DNA of 64,000 nt from Octopus vulgaris. Its lineage: Eukaryota. Under the pieces are notes generated by a model, which saw nothing but the letters and a program-made list of their open reading frames with translations, did no database searches and was not told where the DNA came from. This document shows positions 26,357 through 39,508 of the stretch, in pieces (the stretch's first letter is position 1; each line of letters begins with the position of its first letter). The translations under genes were made by a program, and so were the position numbers. The stretch spans positions 170,624,001 through 170,688,000 of the forward strand of contig OX597816.1 of assembly GCA_951406725.2 (NCBI GenBank). The letters are read 5' to 3'.

Positions 26357-26472
26357 TTTATATAATTTTTATTCACTTCAATCACTTTTTAAAATTTGCT
26401 GCGGCATTAAAAAAACAGTTATTGCACACGTTGGTTGAGACGAGCAAACTCTACAATCCTGGGGTCGGTAAG

Positions 26473-26530
26473 ACTCGCTGAGAATGAACTAAAGGTATTT
26501 CTCTAAGTTCGAAATCACGGCGATACGGGT
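26473..26530 (+). ncRNA. Hammerhead remnant in a pLTR-like segment (26357-26762)
   Basis: ACTCG CTGAGAAT GAACT...AGTTC GAA ATCACGGCGAT A CGGGT. Stems I and II pair, core G8 is lost, stem III is near-palindromic. Confidence 0.55.
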
Positions 26531-26762
26531 ATCTCTGACATTTGCAATTTTCGATCATTTTCGTCATTAGTACGGGATCTTAGGGTTGTTAATTATTTGC
26601 CCGCTTTCATCTCTGTGTTTAAGTGAAAACATGTTAGCATACCGGTCCTGCCTGTTAGTACCCTTAATTATCAATTGATAGTTTTTACCTTTATGAGTTT
26701 ATTTTACGCATGCTAAGCCACTGATATTATTATAAACAATAATATCCTCATATATATATAAT

Positions 26763-27151
26763 GTGGAGGCGCAATGGCCCAGTGGTTAGGGCAGCGGACT
26801 CGCGGTCGTAGGATCGCGGTTTCGATTTCCAGACCGGGCGTTGTGTGTGTTTATTGAGCGAAAACACCTAAAAGCTCTATGAGGCTCCGGCAGGGGGTGG
26901 TGGCAATCCCTGCAGTACTCTTTCACCACAACTTTCTCTCACTCTTACTTCCTGTTTCTGTTGTACCTGTATTTCAAAGGGCCGGCCTTGTCACTCTCTG
27001 TGTCACGCTGAATATTCCCGAGAACTACGTTAAGGGTACACGTGTCTGTGGAGTGCTCGGCCACTTACACGTTAATTTCACGAGCAAGCTGTTCCGTCGA
27101 TTCGGATCAACCGGAACCATCGTCGTCGTAACCGACGGAGTGCTTCCATCC
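26763..27151 (+). mobile_element. tRNA-Arg-like headed SINE (tentatively OR-type) flanked by 83-bp direct repeats
   Basis: A-box TGGCCCAGTGG, anticodon-like TCG, B-box GGTTTCGATTTCC. Flanks 26680-26762 and 27152-27234 differ at one base. Confidence 0.85.
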
Positions 27152-27801
27152 AGTTTTTACCTTTATGAGTTTATTTTACGCATGTTAAGCCACTGATATT
27201 ATTATAAACAATAATATCCTCATATATATATAATATTCTTTGATTACTTGTTCTAATAGCTGAAATTGTAAATATCTGTTAAGATGATGACGACGACGAC
27301 GACGACGATGACAATGGCATTTCAATAGGCTTATATCCTAATGGAAATTAGAATGTTCCTTGTCCGCTGAAATACTTATCAGTTTATTACTTTGCTGAAC
27401 AATAATGCAGATGAAATTAATCTAATTGTTGGGATTTGAAACGTACGCTGTCAGATAATAAAAAAAAAATCTTGCAATATAGAGGAAATGTTTGTATACT
27501 ATATACAGATATGTTTATTGCCAGCGAGTAGCTTAGAGATGGGATAATATAAAAGTGATACGTTGTCGATGCAGTACTTAGATGAATTTAAATTGCATTG
27601 CACAGCTGGAAAAAGCAGATAGTGAAACTATAGAATAAAAGAAATCTAGTTATGGTCTGATCATCAAACAGTGATGCAGATATTTCAAGTTGTGGAATAA
27701 ACTTTATGCCTTGAAAGACCAAGAGATGTTGGATGTTTGTTAAACGCCAGGTATAATGCGATCGTGTAATTACGTTGTCGACTACTGAAAAATCGAAAAT
27801 C

Positions 27802-27997
27802 GATAGCACGACAGGCGAAATACTTAGCGGCATTTCGTCTGACTTCATGTTCTGTTTAAATTCCGCCGAGGTCGCCTTTGCCATTCATTCTTTCGGAGTT
27901 GATAAAATAAATACCAGTCGGACACTAGGGTCGATGTAAGCGAATTACATCCTCTCCAGAAATTGATGACTTTGTGCCAAAATATGAAATTAATATT
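27802..27997 (+). mobile_element. Meta-domain-like SINE
   Basis: Family core GTCGACTTTGCCTTTCATCCTTTCGGGGTCGATAAAATAAGTACC resembles the MetaSINE/Sauria central domain. About 12 copies. Confidence 0.75.
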
Positions 27998-28033
27998 CAA
28001 CGACTACTGAAGGCACCGTGTTTTCAAAATCTT

Positions 28034-28227
28034 TAGCACGCCAGGCGAAATGCTTAGCGACATCCCATCCGTCTTCACATTCTGAGTACAAGTTCCACCG
28101 AGGTCGACTTTGCCTTTCATTTTTTCGGGATTGATAAAATAAGTTCCACTTGAGTAATGGAATTGATGTAATTGGCTTACCCCCTCCCCGAACTTGCTGG
28201 CTTATGCCAAAACTTGAATTTGATATT
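28034..28227 (+). mobile_element. Meta-domain-like SINE (tandem with previous)
   Basis: Same core and head. Confidence 0.75.
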
Positions 28228-29076
28228 AACGACCAGCCTTAATCCATTGATAGCAAGCGTTATCGATATGGGGTTTGCCTTCGGACCTGCCGAGGTCGAT
28301 TGAATTAGTACCTATTAACGTACTTAATTCCATCAGCCAAATGTACTAGTTATTTTAAATAGAAATCAATATTACAGTATTTGATAGATATCTGGGTATT
28401 TTCCACACCTCGACTATACATATATACTCTCATATTATTTATTAATATTTAACCTTACCCCTTTATATTCTGGTATATCTCACAGCTTCTGGTCTTTGTC
28501 TTTTAAATAATATAGTATTAATAATTAATCAACCAATGAGATCGATGATTCAACAAATCAATGGCTTTATTTTGCCGTTAGAAATCTATATTAACGTACA
28601 TTGGACAGCGGTGCAAAAATAAGAGGGTGTCTACTACATTCTTTCCAATATTTAGTACTTGTCTTTAGTTTTGCCAATTGACTGCGTTGTGTTGAAATAT
28701 GGCCGACGTTGGTACAATGAGTGTTCAATGCATAAATCAAGCGTGATCTTCTCGACTACAGTCCTCACTTTTATCGAATAAAATTCTCACTTGAGAAAAG
28801 TCATCGAGATATTTTAGTTTTTGGTTCATATTTTGATGAAATTGTCATTGCTGTTTCTAATTGGTCGGATATTTTGAAGTAACTGTATATATTTAATGTG
28901 CATATGAAATAGGACTGTTAATATACAGTTCTAGCCAAAAGTCTGGATTTTTTTAAATTAAAATTGTTATGCCCATGTACAATTCGATTCAAATACATTC
29001 AACATATAAACTTGAGCCTTTAATATGAAAGCTTTAATTTCCAAACATATGTTCCACACTTATTTATGTGTATTAA

Positions 29077-29292
29077 GGCGGGGAGCTGGCAGAACCGTTT
29101 GCCCACCGGACAAAATGCTTAGCGGCATTTCTCCCATCTTTACGTTCTAAATTCAAATTCCGCCAAGATCGACTTTGCCTGTCATCCTTTTGTATCGATA
29201 AAATAAGTACCAGCTGAGCACTGGGGTCGATGAAATATGTTTAACCACTCCCCCAAAATTGTTAGCCTTGTGCCTTAATTTGAAACCAATAT
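29077..29292 (+). mobile_element. Meta-domain-like SINE, near full length
   Basis: GGCGGGGAGCTGGCAGAACCG head, core, and TTTGAAACC end. Confidence 0.8.
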
Positions 29293-30359
29293 TTATGTGT
29301 GCTGTCTTTATCATTAAGGCATTCCTTATGCACTTCATTATTGTATTTTAATTTATCCGTTTAAATAATGCCCGCTTTTCTAGTAACACTGGTGTGATGA
29401 TGCGCGATTTAATGTATGTCTGTTTGTCTGTAGTAGTAAAAGACTATTACTTGTAGAAGATGGTTTTGGGACTACAATGGATTCCAGTAGGTGTATCAGT
29501 TTAACCGTTGGCAGAAAATTCAGAATTACGGCTCTACGTATCTTGATAACCAATTGCTTGTTGGTACGGAGTCATAGTCGATTAAATCAACGGGAGTACT
29601 TGACTCTGGAAGAATAAAAGATAAAGTTGCCTTCATCAGGATTTGAACCTGGAACATAAAGGACCCACAAGGCACATCATCAGATCTTAGCACTTCTGTA
29701 CCTCTTTCCCCTTAATGACACTTATTGAAAGTTATTCTATGCTAAATAAATAAGTAAAATGAATCAGCTCAATAATGATTTCTGACAAAGAATAAGAGGA
29801 TCAAATTCTTTTAGATACAAGGAAATTGTGAATGGCAAAGCTGACCGCTGTGAGATTTGAACGAAGATCGTAAAAGGGTCTAACAAAACATCACAAGATG
29901 ATTTGTCTAACTGTTTTAAGAACTTTTTTTTCAAAATGAAATTTGCAAAAGACGTATATCCTACCGTGCCATTGACGTGTTTCGAAAGAGGAGAATTCTG
30001 TAACTCATCATAACTATTAGGATCCAGAACGATAGGGCTGCTAAAGTTCGGAAATTCCAAGGCGAATTCAAAATAGGGATGCAATCATATGACCAATCAC
30101 AGCAGAGCCACCAAGGGTCTAAAAGTAGCCATGTGTTCAACCAATAAATATAGCTGTAATTTACAACCTGAAAATAAATAATTCGTAAAAGTTACTAGTC
30201 AACAAACTGAAATTCTTTTTAAATTTCTGTTGTACTGAACAAGCTATACTTTTGTTTAATACGCTTTATCTATACCGAGAGAAACATTAAGTTCACTAAG
30301 TAGTTATCATATATTCACAGCGGAAATGAAGTTCATTTGACAAATAATAGTATTATAAT

Positions 30360-30716
30360 AAGAATTTTGTAATACTTGCGAAAGTAAGATAATGTTATCA
30401 ACTACATAAAAACGTATTCATTTATAACAGAATTTTAATAAACTGAACAATACAATGTGTGTGTACGTAAGCGTACACACATTTGTATATATATTTTTGT
30501 ATACATATATGATTATAAGTGTGCCTATATAAGTATATTAATATAAGTGTGTATGTATTCCACCCTGTCGTCTGTGGAATACATACGACACACACACACA
30601 CATACACATACACACACACATTGTATTGTACAGTTTATTAAAATTCTGTTATAAATGAATCCATTATTATGTAGTTGACAACATTATCTTACTTTTGTAA
30701 ATATTTCAAAATTCTT
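30360..30716. repeat. ~105-115-bp imperfect inverted repeat around a (TG)/(CA)-rich spacer
   Basis: 30360-30474 matches the reverse complement of 30612-30716. Confidence 0.8.
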
Positions 30717-32418
30717 GTTTCGCCTTCAGAAAATTTACCTATGTTGTATAGTATGTACTAGAAATCTAATATGAGACAGAATTACAGGATCGAACTGATA
30801 GAATGCCTTGGAAACTGGATTTGTTCAGTCGCCAGATGTTACTTATTATCGATTAGATGAAACAAACAGCCACTTGTAAAACATGACGTTTAAATCTTAT
30901 TTTTGAAAGCATATATAAGATAGATATATAAGATAAATATATCATATATAAGATAGATATATAAGATAAATATATCTATACTTAAGACAGATTGCCATAA
31001 TAAATATTGTATCCGTATAGTTCTACTTCTTTTACAGGTTTTAGTCACTGACACGTAATCTATGTTGTCGACTTAATCATATATTTTAACAATCCCACAA
31101 GTAAACGTTGACCTGTGCAGTATTTCAGTATCAGAACAGAGCGGTATAAAGACAATACTTCAAGAATAAAGTCATGAAGATAGATGCAGCAGTGAATCTT
31201 TTCGACGGTCCGCCAATTTTTCAATTTGCCATTATTTTAAATATAACTTCTACATCACTTTATGTCTTTTCACACCGTGCTCAATATTGATTTTGTCTGG
31301 ATATTTCCAGACATTTACTAAATAACATTTTTCACTAGAAATCAAACTTACACTTTCAGCCTTAACTGTGTTGACCCGGAAATTAAAATAATATTAGACA
31401 TTACTTGATACTTTTCCTCACTGCATATCGATTTCTAGTTAGCTTCTTTACTCTTCGCCCATGCATCAAATATGTAACACCAAATTACGTATGAGAAAAC
31501 TGCCGCGCAAACAATGACTAGAGAAACTGTTATATTATTTTACCTTTACTTTTATTACAACTGCGTAGTGATGCATGTTCTTCACCTTCCCTCAGGGAAT
31601 GCATAAATTTAAACAATTATATAATGATAAACTTTCATTTGCAATATATATACATGAGGTTATAGATTCAGCTCTCTGCTTAATTTGCTATTTCCTGATG
31701 TTTGCTGTAACGACTGAGTATATATATAATGAATTAGGTAAGATACAATAACTAACGTATCGTAGTAGGATTTATATAAACGTCTCAGTGAAATTTCTGT
31801 AGAACTTATAACTGAGAAATAATCTTACCATAAAATTTATGTAAGAAACTTGCTTTCTCAGTTGTACTTACTAATATTTTTTATTTATGAAAACCTCCTA
31901 ACTACCCTTACATATAATCACAATATTTATTTCCATGCAGTGAAAAACAGGATAAGATACCATAACTGAGAAATAATTCTGAATCTATTCTATTGGAATG
32001 TACATTATTTATTACACTGTTATATTGATAATAGGTGTTAATTATGCTCTTTTCAATATCGTGATATATGTTGGCTTCTGTTTCTTTTGTTTGATGAACT
32101 TCGACTTTCTACCCATCATATGATTATCTTGAATCTTCCAGTGAACGGGGCTTTACGAGTAAAATCGACATGAATATCTTACATTCTAGAGGATAATTAC
32201 AAAGGTTAATATATCCTGTTGAAAATGTGTTGAGCAATAACATTCCCGTTTCTCTCGCGCCGACATGTTAGTCTGGGTATTAATATACCTTACCTCTCTG
32301 ATATTAGTACCACAATAAACAAACACTAATAATGGTTCTTCTAAATTTTATTTGTTGACATCCTAACAAGCCAGCATTGACTTTCTTTAAAAGGGGACAT
32401 GAATAGATTTAAAATTTT

Positions 32419-32786
32419 CGCAGACGTGGCTGCGTCGTAAGAAGCTTGCTTCCTAAACACATAGTTCTAGGATCACTCCCACTGTGCGACACCTTGAGCA
32501 AGTGTCTTCTACTAAAGCCTAGGATTTGGTTGACAGAAACTGAAAGAAGCCTGTTGTATATACATGTATGTATTTATGTGTGTGTCTCTGTTTGTCTCCT
32601 TCGTCATTGCTTGACAACCGATGCTGGTGTGTTTATGTCCCCGTAACCGGGCGGTTCGACAAAAGAGAACCGATACAATAAGTACGAGGCTTAAGAGAAT
32701 AAGTTCTGGTGTCGATTTCTTCGACTAACAGCCCTTAAGGCGGTTCCCCAGCATGGCCACATTCAAATTACTGAAAGAAGTAAAAG
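32419..32786 (+). mobile_element. Old diverged OK-like SINE
   Basis: Colinear, with internal deletions. Confidence 0.8.
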
Positions 32787-33447
32787 AAAATTACTATTTG
32801 ATTTAAAGAAAGTATAGACGTAGATGATAGTTTGCACTGGCGCGTTGTCATAATCTTATCAACTATAATGACTTGAAAATGAAGATTAAAATATATGAAT
32901 AAGCATCATCTGAGACTGAAGTGTAAATATAATTGAAAACGTAAAATGTTTTTGCGTCAAGGAAGTTTTCCAGTCGCGAGAATTTGTAAAATGATAGTAA
33001 ATTATGTATAAAGGTGGGAATCAGCCAGCAATATGTCTTGCAGTATTTAGGTGCACGATGTCACATTCTAGGTTCCAAACATTGTGGATTCCTTTTGCGT
33101 TTTTGGTACATTCGGCATATGTAAACTATGCACTAATAATATATAGCGTCGACACATAAGATTAGACTGCTATTTCATAAATTAACCAAATCAAATTAAT
33201 AATACGAAAATGTTCGCAATAATGACTTCTTTTATACACCATAAGGGCTTAAAATCCTTGAGACACAAGAGTAAAATACAAAATGTAAAATGGATTTAAA
33301 ACGAGTAACAAATCTAAGATTGAGAAGAACAACAGGCACCAATGTATAAACAGTAGCAAAGAGAAACAAGGTGTGCGCCGGAAAATGGTCAAATACATAT
33401 TCTAATTCGGCTTGTCTCTTACACAGCCCAGTATATCTGACACATTG

Positions 33448-33771
33448 TGAAGGCGCGTGGCTTAGTGGTTAGGGCATTCGGCTCACGATTGTAAGGTCAT
33501 GAGTTCGATTCTAAGCGACGCGTTGTGTCCTTGAGCAAGACACTTTATTTCCTGTTGCCCCAGTCCACTCAGCTGGCAAAAATGAGTTGTAGCTGTATTT
33601 TAAAGGGCCGGCATTGTCACACTGTGTGTCACGCTGAATCTCCCTGAGAACTACGTTAAGGGTACACGTGTCTGTGGAGTGCTCAGCCACTTGCACGTTA
33701 ATTTCACGAGCAGACTGTTCCGTTGATCGTATCAGCTGGGACCCTCGTCGTCGTAACCGACGGAGTGCTCC
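33448..33771 (+). mobile_element. tRNA-headed SINE with V-like core and the tail of the 26763 element
   Basis: A and B boxes present. Core shared with 25010, tail GGGCCGG...CGACGGAGTGCT shared with 26763. Candidate TSD TATATCTGACA (33432-33442 and 33774-33784). Confidence 0.85.
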
Positions 33772-34594
33772 TTTATATCTGACATGTATTACATACACAG
33801 GTAGCCTTCAAACATTTTTTTTTTCATTTAACTGCACAGATTCTGCAACGGAAGCACACCATTTAAACATTCTGATTTATAGAGCTATTAAAAAGAACAG
33901 CATCAACGTGGAAAATTATAGACGCTGCTGACAGCCTTGGAAAATATCCGTTGACACCGATTAAATATCAACAAATAAAAGCTGAAAGAATAAACAAATT
34001 GCTTGAAGGTTACCTGTGGAATTAACATATTCTTTCGATTACGAAATCGTATTGATTTTCTACAGCAAAGAACGTATTAAAAGTATTCATATTGCACAGT
34101 GACACGTACAGCGAGTAAACAAATATGATGGAGCATGACACATTCATACGAGATCGTTTCAATCTCCCAAAACAAATAAATGGCGGACAGTACGGTTAAA
34201 ATATCTATTAGAATATGAGGTATAAAAACGAACGAAGAGTTGACACAGAATTTATGAAATCACAGATGCCTCTGTTAAAAGTATAGTTAGTCGTTAGCGA
34301 TACAAAGGACACTTCAACCAATAAGACCACTAAAGCTGATTATAACCAATCCAACGAGATCGCTTTCGCGCAGTTGTTTGATCTATAATTATATCAGCCA
34401 TATCTTCCTCAAATCTTACTCTACAATCTTTCCAGAACGAAGCAACACATTAGATTGTTAATGTCGTTCGCTAGATGGCGCACATATTCAAACACTCTGA
34501 GGCGCGCACGCAAACACACACACACACACGCACACACACGCACACACACATGTTTAAAGCAAATTTGTATATTTTTTATGTGTGTGTGTATGAT

Positions 34595-34620
34595 TAGATA
34601 GATAGATAGATAGATAGATT

Positions 34621-34667
<47 letters not shown>

Positions 34668-34668
34668 T

Positions 34669-34767
<99 letters not shown>

Positions 34768-34788
34768 GGGTGGATAGATAGAAGGATG

Positions 34789-34872
<84 letters not shown>
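34595..34872. repeat. (GATA)n microsatellite
   Basis: Direct reading. Confidence 0.97.
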
Positions 34873-34873
<1 letters not shown>

Positions 34874-35054
34874 GTGAGTCTTTTTATAGATATAAAAAGC
34901 TGTGAACATTAACTGAGGAAAGGGATTGCTACAAGTGTAGAAACAATTATTTTAATAATTTTATTGATAGTCCTTTCAAAGGTTCAGCAGTCGTCGACCG
35001 CGGCAAACTATGAATTTTCCCACTAGTGATACTATATATAAGCCTGGCCTCTTA

Positions 35055-35543
35055 TACGAGATACGTTCAAAGAGTATCCGACTTTATTTTTCTCGCTAAA
35101 ACTAATGCCGCGAGGGCAAAATCCGTTGGGTGAGAGGTAATGCCACATGAGAAAATTTTCGCGCTGGAAAGTTACGTTAGTTTCCAGCTGTTACGCCTAG
35201 AATTACATGAGCAGTGCGCGCTCGTTGGATTCTCGCATACAGAAAAGACCATGGACCAATGTCTCATCACCAGTGATGGTAGTCTTTATGAAGTTTGGAT
35301 TGTGATTTGCACAGTCCAGCATGTTCTGAGCGATTTCCATGCGGACTTGTTTCTGCTGCTTCACCTGCGCCTTGGGGGTGAATCCCGCTATTCTCTTCAT
35401 GCACAACTCATCCGTTTAAATGGGAATGCACTGATCTAGTGCTTATCACCACTTCGTCAGCTACGAGGGTCTTACATGATGATTCGCCGAACCTTCTCAA
35501 TCGGTTCCTCCTTTCGGCTTGTGGATAGTGCCTTCGGCTTGTG
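35055..35543 (-). mobile_element. Mariner relic (irritans-like) with a TIR-like end
   Basis: RIAGFTPK...QKQVRMEIAQNML...FIKTTITGDETLVHG. TACGAG-type end near 35055. Confidence 0.7.
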
Positions 35544-35906
35544 CCACATGGTTCTGGGTTCAGTCCCTCTGCGTGGCACCTTGGGCAAGTGTCTTCTACT
35601 ATAGCCTCGGGCCGACCAAAGCCTTGTGAGTGGATTTGGTAGACGGAAACTGAAAGATGCCCGTCGTATATATGTATATATATATGCGTGTGTGTGTTTG
35701 TGTCTGTGTTTGTCCCCCTAGCATTGCTTGACAACCGATGCTGGTGTGTTTATGTCCCCGTCACTTAGCGGTTCGGCAAAACAGACCGATAGAATAAGTA
35801 TTGGGCTTACAAAGAATAAGTCCCGGGGTCGAGGTGCTCCGTTAAAGGCGGTGCTCCAGCATGGCCGCAGTCAAATGACTGAAACAAGTAAAAGAGTAAA
35901 AGAGTA
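35544..35906 (+). mobile_element. 5'-truncated OK-like SINE
   Basis: Starts within the tRNA head. Confidence 0.9.
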
Positions 35907-36936
35907 TACAGATAAATTTCTTCATAGTTTTCAAAGTTAAAGTCCATAAATTTTGGGGAGAGAGTAACTTCCTACGTCTATTATCTTTTGTTTAGACTAA
36001 AATTATATTTCAGGGAAGAACTGTTTGGCTGGATGATCAAATCTCTTTTCGAAGCAGAATAAATGTATTACTTATGTTTACGGGTAACATTCAATTGTTG
36101 CCTTTCCATACCTAACTTGGCAATAAATGTTATATATAGTACATTTTTGTAACTCTTGAGCACAAAGATTACTCGTCGGCTTTCATAAAATGTCTGGAAC
36201 AATAAGGAAATATAATTTTGTTTTTAGCAGATAAATGAAAGTTTGAGTGAAGTTATATTTTTATAGCATCGATATCTGATTTTTTGAAAGTAAAAAGATT
36301 TTCTATTGATCTTTTGTATGGATAATCTTTGATATTTCATTGCCTTTAAAATTTTTGACGAAAACAAAGCATGAGTTATTGTATATCTTCCGTTAATGTC
36401 ATTATTTCAAAAGAGTTTGAAAACGAATGGTTTTCAAAAATGGATATAATGGATAAGCTTTTAGACCAAACTTAATAAAACTATTTCTTATGTATAAACG
36501 TGATATGTTTACAGATTGGCTAATAAGTTATGGTGACAATATTTCTTTTGCGGGAAGAATCACAATCTATGCATTGCGTCAGTGTTCTAATGAGGTTCCA
36601 ATCGTGTACACAGTCTCGAAAATTTAGATTCTCATGAAAATTTTCCCAACTAATGGGACTAAACGAGTTAATAGGTTATCCAGCTTGAGGCCTCTTAGTA
36701 GTTTGCTTGATACAAGTGACCGCATTTTTTAAACAAAGGCAGATATTGTTCATGTATGCTAAACCTTAGTAACTGTAAAATTATAATATCAAGTATATTT
36801 TAGCTTGCTATGCACTAAAGATATATACTGCCATTGTATTACTAGATGTACTGGTTTAAATAGTGGAATATATAATTGAACTAGTCTGTTATATGACTTG
36901 AGAATAGGAAAGATTATAGCAGAGCATTCCCCGCCG

Positions 36937-37135
36937 TAATATTGGCTTCGAATTTTGGCACAAAGCCAGCAAGTCTGGAGGAGCGGTTAAGTCGATTACA
37001 TCGAACTCAGTGCGCAGCAGGTGATTATTTTCTCTATCCCGAAAGGATGAAAAGCAAAGCCGACATCGGTAGAATTTGAACTCAGGACGTAAAGTCGGAC
37101 GAAAGAGGGTAAGCATTTTGCCCAGCGTGCTGCCT
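36937..37135 (-). mobile_element. Meta-domain-like SINE
   Basis: Reverse-complement family core. Confidence 0.75.
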
Positions 37136-37214
37136 TTCCCTGCCGTAAGATTAAAGAATCTTGATACATTAACACTTCATCTGTAATATATATATATATA
37201 TATATATATATACT

Positions 37215-37372
37215 ACAGGCTTCTTTCAGTTTCCCTCTAGCAAATCCATTCACAAGGGTTTGGTCTGCTAGAGGCTATAGTAGAAGAGACTTACCCAAGG
37301 AGCCACGCAGTGGGACTGAACCTGGAACTGTGTGGCTTGGAAGCAAGCCACACAGACAACCACTCCTGCGCC
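37215..37372 (-). mobile_element. OK-like SINE 5' half
   Basis: Head through AAAGAAGCC, ending at the internal (TA)n. Confidence 0.8.
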
Positions 37373-37376
37373 TATA

Positions 37377-37737
37377 TCTATATACATAAATGTGTCTGTG
37401 TGTTTGGGGTTACTCTAACTCCACCCGCATTGTCAAACCAATTTTAATGATTTTTGGTACATAGGTACCTTACATGCTCTGAAGTTCAAATAAAACCAGA
37501 ATTGTTTCGAAAATTCGATAACACTTAGTTGGCATCGATTTTTGTTAGCTCAGTCGGGCGTTTGAATGGAAATTCCCATAGCGATGTTATCTTTCCTGCA
37601 GATTTTGTACTTTATACCTGCAAATTTTCAACAAAATCCATAGAATAATCTCCAAGGAAATGATTATTCAATACTAGGTCAGAGGTGGGCTCAACTTCAA
37701 CAGGGAAAACACGAGCAACACCGGGTCCAATAGCTAG
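37377..37737 (+). mobile_element. Non-autonomous Helitron, second family
   Basis: A|TCTATATACATAAA start. ACGAGCAACACCGGG subterminal motif and CTAG|T end. Confidence 0.75.
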
Positions 37738-38854
37738 TATATATATGTAAACAGGAGAATTATAATTGTCCCTAGATGTGACTATGGTGTCAGGAAACAC
37801 CAATTTTGCTAGAAATAAGATCTAAACTACGCTAGTGCTGTAGTTAATGCACATGAATGAAAACATTTACACTACCTGGGACAATAATACTGACATCATA
37901 TATATATACATGTATGCATGTATACATACATACGTACGCCTGTGTGTGATTAATTGCGTTTCTTTTCAAGTCATCAATCTTTACTTTACCAGAGACAATA
38001 TTTATTAAGACAAAAGTGTATAAATGGAACATCGGAAATAAATATTTTCATTTTCTTGACTCTGTGAAAATGTTTTGAATGACAGCAGTAACTGAAAATA
38101 ATCAATGATGTTGGTAAAAGGATAATTTTTGGCAGGCAAGAGTAGCCGTATATGCTGAAATCAGTATAATATTATTTATATCAATCTTAAGCGTAAGGAA
38201 AGCAAATTCACTGCAGTTGAAAATGTTTTCAGAAAATAGAAAGCTAAAAATATATATATCTAACCCGTTTCTTTTAGTACCGGCATCATTATTAAATTTC
38301 ACGAAATCGTGGTGTCGTGACAAGAGCGCTTTTATAACACCGAACTCCAGAGAGATGACTGCAGATTCCTCGGGCGAAGGATTGTTCTGCAAACTAAGAA
38401 TATTGGAAATTTTATTGCTGAAGTTTTGGAAAAGGAAATGTAAAGAGGTCGAGAACTCAGAGAACAGAAAAGACATAAAGACCATTAAAGCAACGAGTGA
38501 TTTGAGTTTTGGACGACAGAGGATAATAAAGAACTGCATTCTAAATATCCAATTTTTACATTCTAAATGCCACTAAACTCTTCAAGTAGAAGCTCTTAGA
38601 AATCTTTAAAACTTGGAAAAATTTTACGAGTTCAGTCTGATGCAATTCTACATTTTATACTAGAATAATTATAAAATTTTCTAAAACATTTCATGATAGA
38701 TTGCATTAATGCTATATTAATAGCTGAAGAAGAATTTGTAAGCAAATATACTTTGAATTAAATCAAGGGGATAAACCTATATCTACACTCTATAACAGTA
38801 TTTATCACTTCACAGATTAGAATAGTCGAACATAAATTGAATCTAATCTTGTAA

Positions 38855-39049
38855 TTATGGTTTCAAATTTCGGCAAGAGGATAAGTCGATTATATCGGCC
38901 TCAGTGCTCAACAGGAATTTTATTTTACTGACCGCGAAAGGATGAAAGGCAAAGTCAACCTCAGTGAAATTTAAACTCCGACGAAGATGGATAAACTGTC
39001 ATCAAACATTTTGTCCAGCGTGTTAACGATTCAGCCACCGCACTGCCTT
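38855..39049 (-). mobile_element. Meta-domain-like SINE
   Basis: Family core on the minus strand. Confidence 0.7.
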
Positions 39050-39110
39050 CTGGCATTTTAAAACATTTCAATAAGGGAGAATTTGAACTCAGAACATCAA
39101 GAGAGACGAA

Positions 39111-39348
39111 ATACCTATTTGTTTACTACCCACAAGGGGCTAAACATAGATAGGACAGACAAGTACAGACAAACCGATTAAGTCGATTACATCGACCCTA
39201 GTGCGTCACTGGTACTTAATTTATCGACCCCGAAAGGATGAAAGGTAAAGTCGACCTCGGCAGAATTTGAACTCAGAACGCAGCGGCGGACGAAATACTA
39301 CAAAGCATTTCGCCCGATGTGCTAACGTTTCTGCCAGCTTGCCGCCTT
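39111..39348 (-). mobile_element. Meta-domain-like SINE with an alternative 3' tail
   Basis: Family head and core, but the tail is ...CCCCTTGTGGGTAGTAAACAAATAGG rather than the TTTGAAACC end. Confidence 0.75.
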
Positions 39349-39357
39349 CTTAATAAT

Positions 39358-39360
<3 letters not shown>

Positions 39361-39390
<30 letters not shown>

Positions 39391-39473
39391 AAGAAGAAGA
39401 AGAAGAAGAAGAAGAAGAAGAAGAAGAAGAAGAAGAAGAAGAAGAAGAAGAAGAAGAAGAAGAAGAAGAAGAA

Positions 39474-39505
<32 letters not shown>

Positions 39506-39508
39506 AGA
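39361..39508. repeat. (AAG)n microsatellite
   Basis: Direct reading. Confidence 0.98.

Noticed and set aside
26763-26840. tRNA-Arg(TCG)-like sequence
   Set aside because: No proper acceptor stem or poly-T terminator. It continues into a SINE body shared with 33448.
29764-30084. 106-aa ORF
   Set aside because: No motif or splice support. The length is compatible with chance.
38102-38576. Overlapping 145-aa and 119-aa ORFs
   Set aside because: No recognisable family. An exon cannot be excluded without RNA-seq or tBLASTn.
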